This document shows positions 39,561 through 53,662 of a stretch of DNA of 64,000 nt, in pieces (within the stretch, counting starts at the first letter, position 1; each line of letters starts with the position of its first letter). The translations under genes were made by a program, and so were the position numbers. The notes beneath the pieces were generated by a model. That model did not search any database. It was not told the origin of the DNA and saw nothing but the letters and a program-made list of their open reading frames with translations. The stretch is from Camelus ferus (Eukaryota): positions 25,856,001-25,920,000 of the forward strand of contig NC_045696.1 of the NCBI RefSeq assembly GCF_009834535.1, given 5' to 3'.

Positions 39561-42500
39561 AATTTCAACCAAAAGATTTTTCACCTAGATTTCAAAAATA
39601 ATGAATAGATTCATCACGTGGTAGCACGGTATAAAAATGAGAGATATCTACAGCCAACTTAAAGCAACTTAATGTAGACTTGAGATTTTTTGAAATGTAT
39701 TCATCTTTTTCTCTAAGAATGCATATATGAATATATGTATACATACATATATATTTATTATATGTTCTTATAGAATGCTCTCATCTCCATATGACTATGT
39801 GAAGGATATATGAATATATGAAATATTTTACTTTATAATATATTTATGATCATTATAATATAAATAAAATATAAATAAATTTGATACTTCAAGAATATGC
39901 ATAGTTTACACTGTGGTTTTCTGTATCTCAGGGTCTACTACTGCATATGCTATAATTACTTTTCATTTCAAGATACAAGACTTCATAACATAGAGATACC
40001 AAAAAATGGAAATTGGCAAGTTTGTAGTTAGAATCTTATCTCTTTTGTTAACTTTCTACTTTAAGACTTCATGAAGCTTCCTGTATGAAAATTAGCTTTT
40101 CTGATATCAAGTTCATGTTAAAAAAGCAACAAAAGTCAAATGATTCTAAGACACTATCAAACAGATTTGAATAATATATATGAATTTAGTCCTCTGGAAA
40201 TAGTATGTCTCTTCTGTTGTAACTTGAAGAGTTACCTGATAATGGTCAGTTATGTGGGTGGATAGAAAGAGAACAGTTGGGTGAGACGCTTTCATTGTCA
40301 AAATCAGTCTTATGGAAGCTGATAAATCAATGGTTACCAAATTTGACTGATTACCAGAATTACCCTATAAACTTTTAAAAACATAGCCCAGAAATACTGA
40401 ATTCAAATGCCCATGACAATTCCTGGTAATCTTTACTTCAGTCAACCCAGGTTTTCCTGAGATCATCTCCTGTGGATTACTTACTGGGGCATCTTCCTAA
40501 ATCCAAATGAGCCCTACTTCCCTTTGTATGGGCAGATTTTGATTAATTCCACTTTGGCATTTGCAGATTTCTGTTACTACCTGATTTCAATTACTTTAAT
40601 AGCACAACTTTTTTTAGAAATGTTTCTAGTTTGATTTCAGGTGTTAAAGTAAGAATTAGAAAATATGGTTGACTAAAGCTATATTCATTTAAGAACAAGA
40701 AATACAAATGTCTATAAAATACCTTTGTCTTTAAGCATTAGCCAAGATTAGTGTCTTAATACTATTTGCAGTCACTAGGCTTCACATCACTAATCTAATA
40801 AGAATTGAAATATTTTTAGAGGAAAGTAGAAAAATAATGATAAAATAAATTAGATTATGGGTGCACCTTAATTTATAAGATAGATGTGTTTCTGAAAGAT
40901 TGGCTATCAAGGTAATTTCTACTAACTAAATTATATTTTCCCATTGACTTAGGCTTATAATTGAAAAGGCATGATTCTTAGAGTAGGGTGCAAAGGAAAA
41001 TGTGGTCTTGAAGCTAAAAGAGAAAGCAAGCATAACTTTGTGAAGTTATTTTTGAAATCATATAGTTAAACATAAATTATAACTCTTGATAAAATGATAA
41101 TACTTACACAGTTCAAGAAACAGTGAACCTGAATCTCATGCATTTAAGGCTCGAGACATAAATGAAAAACATGAAACCTGTAAGGAAAAGTAGACTAGAT
41201 AAAGCACATTGTTGCTTCCTTCCTGTTGGGTTAATGTATAACCTCTGTATCCCTAGTAAGTATGGACTATTTTAAGAGACTAAACTTAAAACAAATTTTG
41301 TAATATTGATGCCTCAGGAATATACTTGGACTGTGATATGCAAGACTATGGGAACTGAGGAGGTGTAGTTAGGAATAGTGTTTCTAAAAGCTGAATTTTT
41401 TTTACATTTCCAGTAACCTGGAACATTCTGTAATATCAATTACCCAGGTTTAGTATTTTGATAAACATTAGTTTCTCTATGGTTAATTTCCTTTCAGTGA
41501 GGTCTGCCCAAATACTTTCAGGGTAATTAGAGTTATGTGAAATCTTATTTTTTTTAGTTTTTGAGCCTCGATTTTAGAGGGTATAAACATTTGGTCTGAC
41601 AGACCCTAAACTTTTAATGCATTAAAGTTTTATAATGGCTGCTAAATGGCCCTGTCTCTCATTCAGCATTCCCTACAGAACCACCTAATGGATTGCTTTT
41701 TCATTTGACATTCCTCTCTCCCAAGCAACTTAGGTAATTTGTCCACGGGAAGACCCTGGTAAAACTCTGATTATGCTCACAATAGCAGACAATGGAATTC
41801 AGTCCTTCCCCAGATAGAGCTGTGCTTGAATAAGGAGCTGACTGAGATAGTCACAAGGTGAACTGCACATGAGTACCAGACGCTAAACGGAGCTGCAACC
41901 CTGTGATACAGATACCAGCAGTTTTCACACTCACTGTCTCAGATGTGAAACCCCTGAGAACATGATACTGGGTTGGGAGTTTTCAACATCAGATTCCTCT
42001 GGCTGTAAACAATGAAGTTGCCGTTTCAATTAAACTGTGAGGTGCTACATCAGACAAGACCTGGTTTTGTTAAGGGAGTGAACAGTCGGGGCAGCTGGAG
42101 CCTGAGGGTGGTCAAAGGACCACCTAAGTTTTATTCTATTATCACAGAGAGGCAAAGGAGTTGTGGGTTGATGGTGGCCATTAAAAAGAGAGAGACTGGG
42201 GCTGGGAAGCCTAAGTGAACAAGCAGAGCCTTAATTGATATTTCCATTCCTACTTTCTTAGACTTTTGCTGAATTGTGAACCTTTCACCCTGTTATGTTT
42301 CTATTATTAAATTTGTCATGTTTATAGTATCAAAAAATCATAGATTATAATCATAAATATCTAGTGAATTCTAACAAACCTATCTGAAAGATAGATATTT
42401 GCTTTCTAAATTGTATCATTTTTACATATTAAAATTTCTACCTAAAAAAAAAGTCTCTTAAAAAAAGAAAGTACTCATTTAAGCAAAAAAGGGAAACATA

Positions 42501-43739
42501 TTCCTAGCCAGTATTTCAGGAGAAATCTTGTCATTTCCCTCCAGTGCAGCTCATCATAAAAGCTCTAAGGAAATAGTGTTTAAAATCAATTAACCAAGAA
42601 GGCCAAAATCAATTTAACAAGAGTTAGCTAATGTTTTACTAAAGCGAACCCTCTTTTCTTTAAACATGATTAATATCATTTAGGGGTTGTTATTAGTGGT
42701 GTCACTTCTAAAACGTGTGACCAATTTGTAATGAAAGAGCCTTTGTGTACACGTATGGGATTTATGGGAAGCACAGAAATTTAACGTGGTATTAGTGATT
42801 ACATCTTTTCCTTGCCTTTGATATTTTAAGAGAACACTCCATTTTTACTCTGTCTCCTTGGAATGTCTCCTGAAAGGTCACTGAAGGATCAAGAAATACT
42901 TAACCTATAACCACCCAGGATTAAAACAACTCTATGCAAATTATATTCTAGGATGACATTTAACAATGTTGATATTGGGCAGAATCATAAAAATCAATGG
43001 ATTTTAGAGTTAGAAGGGGCTAAAAAATATAGGCCAGTAGTTTTCAAACAATTTTTAACAGCGTATTTGTTAAAAGAACCCCAGTATATACAAATGCTTA
43101 AAAATGTACCTTGCTGTAACAGACGGGCTGGATTATCTAAGCTGAGCCTACTGGGTTTCTCCAGTATCACAGGTCCCCACCCGCAGCCCAAAGACCATAG
43201 TTCGAAAAGCAGACAGTGATCTCTTACCTTAACATAACAGGAAACTGAAACCAAATGTGCTAAGTGACTTTATGTTAGCACTGTGCATTCATACCTTTGA
43301 AATATAACCTGATCCATATCCAGTATTAATACTATGATTTATTTATTTATTTATGTTGCCTTTCACTATCCATGTTTTAATATGTTGTTTTTCACCCACA
43401 GAGTTTTACACTTTAGATTAATTTGCTTTGTCAGATCGTGGTGCTCCAGCAAATTAGATCCACACATAAATCTATGTCTCTTCTTTAAAAACACAGCAAA
43501 ACAAACTGAAAGGGCTTCACTGTTAGCTGTCAATAGCACACTTTTCACCATCTTTATATACATATGACTCCCAGCCACTGAAAAGTCCGTCATATTTGTC
43601 TTTGAAAGTCCAGCTCCTGGTAATAGCGATGTTAATACCAATAGTCACCAATGACATGAGATAGTACTTTCATTCATATACACTAGGTCGAATCATACAA
43701 AATCACCAATATTTGAACTTTTTAATCTGTAAATACATG

Positions 43740-43935
43740 TTAATGTGACTTGACCTGATACAACCTGTAATACTTTCAGTAGCCCTATAATGCAAACTCT
43801 ATCTGCATTCTCTAGATGAGGAAGCTGAGATTCACAGAGAAGATCTTTGCCCAAAGCCAAACTGCTGGACCTATTAGAGTGGGGATTTGTCCATACACAT
43901 GTCTCCAAATCTCCTGCCTTTTCTCTTACACCACG
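43740..43935 (-). mobile_element. MIR
   Basis: agatgaggaagctgagattcacagaga ... ttgcccaaagcca. Confidence 0.65.
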
Positions 43936-44102
43936 CTGGTCAATAATGCTCAGATCATATAGATGTATAGAGAGCAAGTATGTTCAAAGCATAACCTAAT
44001 TCCATGGGTTCCTGAAAGTGAAAAATGTTAATCTCGGGTAGAATATATCTCTTTATGAACTCAGCTAAGCTTCATACATTATAATTATATTTACAAAAAT
44101 TG

Positions 44103-45390
44103 TGATCAGATATCAGTGGTCTAGATTCTCTAAGACTTTTTGATCCTCTTAAGCCCACAGCTACATCAATCAGCTGTCAATCTTATTTAATTTAAGCTCA
44201 TATGCACAATAATGTTTCCTCATCTTATTACCAAGTTAAGAGAACATTATTTTGTCTAGATTTCTGAGCTAAAATAAAAACATATTAGACCAAAACCCAA
44301 CAAAGCATGGCTATTATAATGTGAGAATATTGCCTTGGAATCTGTATTTAATTTCAAAACTGTTAGGTGGAAAAATAATCAGACTTCGTGTCTATGAACT
44401 TTCATCTTTTACATTCAAAGGAAATGAGTTAAAAACAAAAAACCACAACAGAAAACCTTCTAATGTAAAAGGAAGGTAAAGTAAATAGATGGGGGAGGTA
44501 ATACTGACTTATGAAAAGATTATTTGACCCCATCAGGGATAACATACAATGGCTATTAAGACCAACCCAAGAAAATAAAGTATATATGAATTAGATTGCC
44601 CATGGTTTTCTTTCACAATCATCCCAGAGTATTAGTTCAATAAAAGTACCCAAGTGTTGCTTAAGCTGAAACAAATTGAGAAATTTTTAACATTTACAAC
44701 ATTTTGTCCTATCCTGAAAAGGCTTTTAGACCTCTTATATAAATTATTTACTTAACAAGAAAAGGGAAACTTAAAAATGAGACATATCAGGAATAAACAT
44801 AAACCCCTGAAGATTCTCATAGTATTTATTATACTCTCTGCATGCTTTTATTTATTTTAATACTTTTTGTGGACATATATCTGAAGAGCTCAATATTATT
44901 TTTAAATAGATGTGATGCATTCCATTTTTTTAAAATATTTTTTTCAGTTTCTTCTTGACTTGCACTCTAATTAATAGTCAAAAATACTATGGGCATAAGG
45001 CTGTATTTCTAATAATTTGGTTTTTTATTTATTTATATGAATAGAATGGTGATAACCTAGCTGAAGCCCTTTATATTGCCTTCATATAGAAAAGGTTATA
45101 AACATGATATATATGATATGGGAAAGACTTCTTAATTCAGAACAATATTTTAAATGTATTCTATTACTAACATGTGTAAACTCAAAATAGAGATTTTCTT
45201 AAAAATACAAATTAATAGAATATAAGGAAAGTAAGGGTAATCTGGCTGTATCTCCAGTCAGGTAACAGTTGTCACAGTTGATTCTGCCATTCTGGATTAT
45301 GAAGAAAAAGCAGCCCCACATGCCTCTAATCAAGGGGCATCCTTTCCCATGATCAGATATCAGTAGTCTAGATTCTCTAAGACTTTTTGA
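44103..45390 (+). repeat. 41-bp direct repeat pair (44103-44143 and 45350-45390)
   Basis: tgatcagatatcagtRgtctagattctctaagactttttga; 40/41 identical. Confidence 0.95.
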
Positions 45391-45889
45391 GCCTTAGAGC
45401 ATTTTTGAGCCAACAAGGACATCCTTCTAAAGTTGAACATCTTTGTTCTATCAGTGATCTGACATAGCAGTGGTCCTCTGTGAGAACCTCAAAGAGCTCA
45501 GGATAAATTTCAAATGAGTGCTCCCAAAAATAAGCATTAAAAAGGAGGGAGAGTTATCTCTGACATAAAGACCTCAGGAAATTCCTCATGAGCAGATAGG
45601 CCTTGAAGGGAATGGAAGGGAGAAGGTAAGCAGAAAAGAAAGAAAGGAATTCCAGAAGAGAAAATGTCCCATGGGGGTGAACTAGAGTCAGGAATGTCCA
45701 AACAGACCTTGCACTTTTCAAGAGTTTATCTCTTTCAGTCTAAAGGATTTTTGAGTGACCCTTTCATCTGCTAATATTTGTAACTTTGCAAGAAATCATT
45801 TGCTCCAACATTTTGTGGAAAACTTTGAAAAACAAGACTAAAGAGACCAGTTGGTTTCTTCAAAGTGATGATTCTACATTGCTTCTTGA

Positions 45890-46070
45890 AGTTTAGGACT
45901 TTGGGTCCTAGATTCAGATAAATCTGGATTTGAACCACAACTCTACCACTTCTAGCTGGTTGATTTGGTAAAGGGATTTAAGGTAGTGGGGACTTGGTAA
46001 CGAGAATCCAAAGGATCGTCACCAAGTTCCTGTATATAAAATGCTTAGCATAGCAAATATAAAGCAAATC
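45890..46070 (+). mobile_element. MIR with core replaced by a hairpin
   Basis: 5' part tctggatttgaaccacaactctaccacttctagctg and 3' part tataaaatgcttagcatag are present; the core is missing. Confidence 0.6.
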
Positions 46071-46299
46071 ATTGTGTCTGGTAATTGTCATTGTCAATAT
46101 ATTGTTGGAACTACTAAAAGGGAACTTTATGTTTTTAAATAGTAATAACAAGAAGAATTACAAATAAATCAAAATTGGATGGGTTTGGGGGAAAATAATT
46201 CAGATGTTCACCTCATTCTATACTAAAATAGAAAATACATCTTGATTTTTATAGTTAAATGTAAAAGTAAAACCACAAACAAAGCAGTAAATACTGAGA

Positions 46300-46925
46300 A
46301 CTGAATAATTTATCAAATATCTGGATGGGGAGAACTTTCTATATATAAAAGCATTAGTGAAATAGACACTCTTATTCACAGCTGGTGAGAGTGGAAGTGT
46401 TTTCTGTTTTTCTGAGAAACATTTTTGCAATGCATATTAAAAACCTTAAAAATGTTCATGTCCTTTGAGTCAGCTAGTCAATCTATTTAAGCAAACACTT
46501 ATATTCTAATGAAGAAATGAAAAATGTTCTCAATGGCTTATAGAAAAATATGTTCCAGACTGTGTTGTTCATAAAACAAAACAAAGAATATTATGAAATA
46601 TGTCCAGAATAATTCTGAAAATAAACTGAATGTCCAATAATAAGAGAATATTAAGTAAATGTAGTATATCCATACTATATAATATCACAAACTACATAAA
46701 ATGATGTTTATAGGTTTAATGACACAGGAAAGTTTTATTTTTCAACACTAAGTGGAAGAAAAGCAGGATACAAAATCATAAATATTAAGCTTGCAGCCAT
46801 AAAGCAGTATGTGGAGAAAAATGGAAATACTTGGAAAAAGTGTTTATTTCTTGAATGGTGAGATCATGAGTTGTATGAATTTTCTCTTTATACTTTTTTA
46901 GTTTTTAATCATTTTCTGTAGTAAA
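46300..46925 (+). mobile_element. Degenerate L1ME-like fragment
   Basis: cactcttattcacagctggtgagagtg, aaatgttcatgtcctttgagtcagc and aatgtccaataataagagaat. Confidence 0.6.
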
Positions 46926-46974
46926 CAGTGGTTGAGCTACTTTTAAAAGACAACATACAAATTAGTATTTTTAG

Positions 46975-47295
46975 TCATGGTAAAATATAAAATACACCAT
47001 AAAATAAATCATTTTGACAAAACATAAAATTTACCATTTTAACTATTTTTAAATGTACAGCTCAGTGTATTAAGTACATTCACATTGTTGTGCAACTATC
47101 ACCAATCACCACCCATCTCCAGAACTTTTTTAATTTACAAAACTGAAACACTGTACTCATTAAATAATAACTCCCCAATCTCTCCTTCCCTCAGGCCCTG
47201 GCAGCCACAATTCTATTTTTTGTCGCTATGATTCTGAATACTCTAGAAACCTTACATAGTGGAATCTTAGAGTATCTGTCCTTTTGTGACTAGCC
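46975..47295 (-). mobile_element. L1MB-like 3' end
   Basis: aacataaaatttaccattttaactatttttaaatgtacag ... cattcacattgttgtgcaactatcacc ... catctccagaactt. Confidence 0.8.
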
Positions 47296-50200
47296 TGAGA
47301 GTTAATATTTTTGCAAATCCTTGTTTTTTCTCTTTAGGAAAGTACTAGAAAGCAAATCAAATAGTGGATAAAAAAAATAAAATCACAAAAGGCCAAAAGT
47401 TGTTGAGATATATCATGATTGGATAAAGAAATGTAGTGATGTACCATAATTTTAATAACCATTTGTATGTCAAAGGTTTTAGTATTCTTAGAGTTCAAGG
47501 AATTTAGACACTATTGAAAGGATACAGACTCGTAGGAGACAGGCATGGAAAGAAACTTAATTACCCCCTTATCAACATAGAATTATTTTAAAATATTTCT
47601 TTCAAACATAAACTAGACAGAAAAAATTAAAAATCGGCCTATGCTAGTGAAATTCTCATGGCAAAGTACTGGCTTCTTATTTTAATGAGTCTGTACTCTA
47701 TAATATCTACAATCAAAGTAGTTTTTAATAATATTCTGATTATACATAAATTATAAATATATATAAAATGACACAATAAAAGATTCATCTTTATTTTTGA
47801 AAATTAAGAATATATATAATATGTTTTATACTTACAATTAGCCACCTTAATATAACTGCTTGAAGTACAAAAATGTGGTATTTAATTTGACATTTTCTTC
47901 AGGTCTAATAATTCAGATTCTCTGTATATCACATACACTTATGACAAATATACGCACAGTTCAGTTCTGCCTAGAGGGAGCACATAGACTGACATGGATT
48001 CACTTAGTTGTGATAAGTTCTCAACATTGCTCCAAAATGCTACTTTATTAATTAGAGTAGCATGTCCCTACCCAGTTAAATATCTGAATTTAAGTGAGGC
48101 AGAAAATTGTGTGACTATTTCCACAGAGATGGAATTATTACCTCAGAAATCATTAAGAGGGCATCAGATGGAAACGGATACAGGATAGGGAAGTTTGAGT
48201 CTCAGGGATGTTCCTATGTGTTTATTGTTCTGAGTATTAATCTCAGTGTAGACACTTGAGAGAAACTGGAAGATGAGGCAGTAAAACAGGCAGCTTGAGG
48301 AGCTGATGGAGAGGGAAAAGGATCAATAAAACAGAGAGTGATATCAGCTACAGAATCATTTGTGTGTACCATTAACATAAACACATGTAAAACTACGATC
48401 CAGTGTTTAGAGTGTGATATACTTAGAGTAAAAGCTAGAGTTGAATCTGTAGACACTGACTGTATTTCGAGAAACATCTAAGAGATGGAAATGCTGAGTC
48501 CTGCCCTGTGAGGAAGAACTAAGGGTTTGAGATATGGAGACTCCATACGTACCAGTTGTTATGGATTGTATTTTTAATAATAATAAGGCAAAAGAGGAAG
48601 GAAAAGAAATTTGAAGTTTGCTTTTATAAACATGAATCTTGGTATCACCATTTTGGAGCATTTTCTTATGTTAACTACTGTTTCAAATATCCACATCTTT
48701 CTTTTGAATTTGTGACGTAATACTATATTGGAGGAGAAAAAGACACGATTTGGAATATATGAGTACCATAAAGTGAAGACGTTGAAACATTAGAGAAGTG
48801 ACCAGTAGTTTGACCTTTTCTTATTTTTTATTTTTTTCCTTGGACTTTTTAGAAAAGACTGAGGGTCTGTCCTTTGACAATAAATTAATTTAGTGTGCTT
48901 TCTTTAAAAAGCAGGAGACAGGGTGGCTAGCTCCTCCCTTTAGAATGTGTGATGGTCATGTGGAAAGGAAGTGGCCATAAACCTCTAACACAAAATATTT
49001 AACAATAATGAAAAAAATATTTCTTTCAATTTCCGTTATTAGGTATTTTAGGTCAATTAATGTTACTTGCATTCCACTCTTAGTTATTATTTTGGACTTG
49101 TCTTTACAAGTAATTGCTTAACCCTGCAATCAGCTTATAAGACTCCTCCAAAATTGTTTTCTTTTTCTTTAGGATTCTATTATGATGTTGTGTCTTGAAA
49201 ACAAAATATAATCAAAACATGTCCCAGGTGACCTCAGTAATTAAATTCGTGGAAGCTTTCCAGTTGGCTTGGTGTAACAAATTCAAATATAAATTTATTG
49301 CTAAGGGCAAAATCAAAGTAATGGCCTGAAGTGACTTGGAAATTTAGTTAACATGATAACTAACAAAAGTTTCTGAAAGAATAGACACATTGCTCCCAAC
49401 TGAACATAAAAGGGGATGACATAAGGTTAGACAAAAGATTCCTGATTTAAGTGAATTTCTTTTGTAATGCAAACAACTTGAAAAGTCTTTACAGCTCTCT
49501 TAGGAAAAAATCTCCTGGGTGGTATCATTTGTGCTGAGGGGTCTTAGAATGGGCTGGTTGGTAGGGTGCTAATGGAAAGTATTGCAGACTTCGTGTTTGG
49601 GGATTACCATGTGGGGATCCCTGGAGCACTTACTGAAGATGCCCACATAAATCTCTGCCTCACTCCTTGAGAGGCATTTTCCTTGTTGCTGCTTTCAGCT
49701 CAGGTTTTACACAGTTTTATTATTTAAGTGGCATCTGATAAGGAAACAGCTTCAATGCTATCTGTAGGCAGACACAGTTCTACTGCGAGCACCTCATTGT
49801 TTCCATTTATTTATATTAAAAATTGCCTTCACCAGGATCACCACAACCACCTCACATGAGCAATCAGAACTAAATGTTCATCATAAGAAGATCTCCAAAT
49901 GACTTTTACAAAGTATATATGCACACATTCTTGGTTTTAAGTCTCTGTCTCTTGTTTTAACCTTGAGAGCCTAGTGTGGTTTCCTTCAGTCCTATAGGTT
50001 TTTAATAATAAAACTTTCTGAAATCCCTATAGAACACTTAACATCCAGAGATAAACTTTGACCTTATTGATATCCATATCTGTATCATTATAAGCTATTT
50101 TCTATTGGGGTGATAGTATCCTTTTTTGTTTTAGTAGAGGGTTGTGACATTAGAATAAGGCAGGTACATTGTATTTACATAATGTAACAGAGATGAACCA

Positions 50201-53200
50201 GCTACCAGGAATGGTCATAACTTTCCAGTCTACATTTGGCCCCAAAGAACAACTGCTTCACATAGATACCAGCATGATGGATTAGACCAGATGTGCCAAT
50301 GGAGGACTACCAAAATAAACACCACTTCATAGCAGAACTTTCAAAGTAACTTTATTTCACAGAATCTGAAACTTGAGGCAATGATTTCTTTACCTTTAGC
50401 AAAGGGCTCAGGCCCGATCATTGCTGTAAAAGAGCTGAAACCCATGCTTTCTACATGAGCATAGAATAGAATGTCTGTTCTTAGGGAGACCAGTCTTTAG
50501 AAGTCACTTGTCCAACTCTCATTTTACAGATGAAGGAACTAAAATCCAGAAAAGCAATGTGTATTTATGAGGCAGACATTCCTGTTCTAGGCTGGCATGT
50601 AACAGCACTTAATAAAAATTTGTTGAGTGAATTGAACAAATGAATCATTTTTTCCTGAATCTTCTTTACGTCAGACTGGTGCACCTTGTCACTTCTAGGA
50701 CACCTATCCAGAAATAGGTGCGGGCATTTTGAAAAAGATGATATATTTCAGTGTTTTGTCTTTGATGTAAATGCTCCTGTTGTAAAGCAACAGCTTTTTA
50801 AGGGAGAGGTTAATGGATTTTTAACTAGAAGAATAGAGTCATACTGCTACTTATCAAGCATTCAGATAAAAAAGCAAATTACATCAGCAGTGAAAAGTCA
50901 TGCAGCTCAAACATCAATTCTAATTTAAAAGCATTTCTGGAGACAAGGCAAAATATAATTCTATTTCTCAGTTGAGACAATACTATTTCAAGGAAAATTA
51001 ATATAGAAGTCTGACAAACAATAATGTTAACAATCCTCTTACACGTCTTCTGATGACAATAGTGATGACAACATCATACTACAAAAAGAAATCTCAGTCT
51101 GTGGGAAACTGGTCAGAAGAATCACTCTGAAGCCCCTAATGCAGTTAGGTCTCTTGTTAGGCTGATGGCCCCAACACTCACTCAGGAGGAGACATTGCCA
51201 GGAGGATGGCTTTGTGTATATGAGAGGGGATGATACTGAATCACTCAACTACTGTTCATGCAAAAGCATATACAGCCATTTCTAGATTGGACACCCCAGA
51301 GAGCATATATAGCAGCAAAAGTGAATTGGACAATACATGTTAAACCAAATTATGAGTAGGACATTGCTACATGCAGTCACTAAGTTGCTTTAACTCTTTC
51401 AGCATCCTATGATAGGAACTGTCAAAAACAATCTTTGTTCTACTTCTGTCAGCACGGTACTGTTTGAAACTGTAGCAGTCAGTACAGTGCTCTAAGCATG
51501 GAGAGCCAGCTTAAGGACCACGTAGGGTCAAACTCAGAATCCTAGTGAGGGTATTAGTCAAGTACTACTCTCCAGCCCACTTGGCTTATTTAATTAAGTG
51601 GAGGGAAAAATTATGACTAAGCTGTTCAAAGTTCCATAGTGTGAACAAATGAGGCCACATCTCAGTTTCCTTACAAGACAAAAGCCAACTGGGTAGAAAG
51701 AAATCAGAAAGAATACTTGATCAGAGCTCCAAAGAGAAATTAGAAACCCAAAGAATACTGAACCAGATGGCTTTCTCTAGCTTTTGTTTTAGTGAAACCA
51801 AGCTTATTGTGATTACTCCTCTCTCCTTCCTTACCTGCCTGCTTCTCAGTCCTCCCACCTTTGTTTTCCTTTTCTTCTGCTTCATTTCCTTACTCCTTTT
51901 CGTAACTGAGGCAAATAAACAAGGAACTGCTCCTGAAATCTTAGTTCATTCATTGCCAATGCTTTCCTCAAGTTAAAAATGTTGGAGACATCGTCTCTAT
52001 AGCCAGAAAGTAATGACTAACATTAAATTTGTTAACACAGTTTAATGGAAATGAGATGGATGTCAATCAGGTCTCAGCACTCTTATTTATTTGTGTGCTC
52101 TTTTGTTAAAGTTACTGAACTTATCAGAGCCTCAATTTTTTGTTGTTCATAATGGAATAGTCTTTTCTTTGTCTCTGATCTAAGTCCTCCAAAACTTTGC
52201 AAAACCACCTGACATCTCTTGTCTACTTTTATTCTAGTTCTGTGCATCTGAGGCTTCTCACCTCCAACTCTGGCTCCATGCTACTATGCAGGGGACTGAA
52301 TACTTGTGGATTATTTTCCTTCTTTCAAAATCTTCTAATATCTAACATCTCTGTTTTCCTACTCTGGTGTCAATAAGACATTCGAAAATTTCTTTCTTCT
52401 TTTTAGCATCTCTCTTTCACACTGAGGTTTTGATGCAACACATAGGACTGAGTGCAGTGCAAAATATCATTGATAAATAGCATGTTTATTTATGAATTTG
52501 GTACAGATGTTGGTCTTCATTTCATGTATGTTTCCCTAGATAAATACAGCTTATGATGTTCCCATTTTTATTATGGATGCTGCTTTAGATTGAGAGTTAA
52601 CAGACTGATGAGACAGTGTTCCATCCACTTGATGTAAGAGGTCCAGCATCAGTGTGTGTATGTATGTGTGTGTTGCTACCTGTTAATGATTATGGTGATT
52701 GGCTGGCTCCTGTCGGGGCTAATGTACTTGTGAAAAAGTTGCCAAGAAGTCATATTTGGGGAGCTTCTAAGTATAGAGAGTATTTTAGTTTTTGGATTTT
52801 TAAAAAATTGAATATAGAAGAAAACCAATGTAAGAAATGGACTAATGACATAGAAATTGGGGTTTGGCTAATGCTTTTTTTTATTTTGAAACAAAAAGTC
52901 TGTAAAGATGAGAGTTAAGCCTTCTTTCTAAGACTAACTAAATCAGCAGAGGAAACGACTTAGTCTCCTATTTACTGCCATAGGCAGTTATGTAAATCTG
53001 GTTCTGTGATAACCTTTACTACACTTTGCAAGAGGCGTTCTGTAATAAACATCAATAAGAACAGTACCAAATATTTTTATTTAGTATTTCCACATACAGT
53101 TGATAGTTATTAGTATTCATTCTAACATTTTATAATACAGGGTTATTTTAAAATTTTGATATGATTTTAATCATACAAAAATTTCTAAATGTTAATATGT

Positions 53201-53662
53201 ATACAATTAACTTTTAATCAGAAATCACTGTCAGCTGCAATAATAATTAACAAAAGACAGTATCTAAATTCTGAAATTCTGAGTTAAATTAACATAAATT
53301 TAAAAAGACTAATTTATGAATAAGGTAACGTGTTTATTATTAATTATAATTTGGCCTTCTATCTTTGAGTTATATAATAAGATAATAGATGATCTTAAAG
53401 ACACCACTTCATTCTGAAATTGTAGAATGGATCTTTAAACTTTAAAAAATTTTTTTCTTGCTCTTCAGTTTTCTTTGTATTTAGATACACATTGTGTCTA
53501 CTTGTGTATGTTATATGTATGAGATAAACTTTATTTGAATAGATTTAGAATGCATATTATCATTATTTTCCAAGGTTTCTACTAATTTATCATTCATCTA
53601 CTTGGCTTTTAATAAATGAAAATTTATTTTCTCGTTTTAAATTTATTAAAACTTGAAGTGGC

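Noticed and set aside
40855..41440. Possible Tigger-like DNA transposon relic
   Set aside because: Only a short motif (ttttcccattgact) suggested it; I could not identify matching TIRs or a TA TSD.
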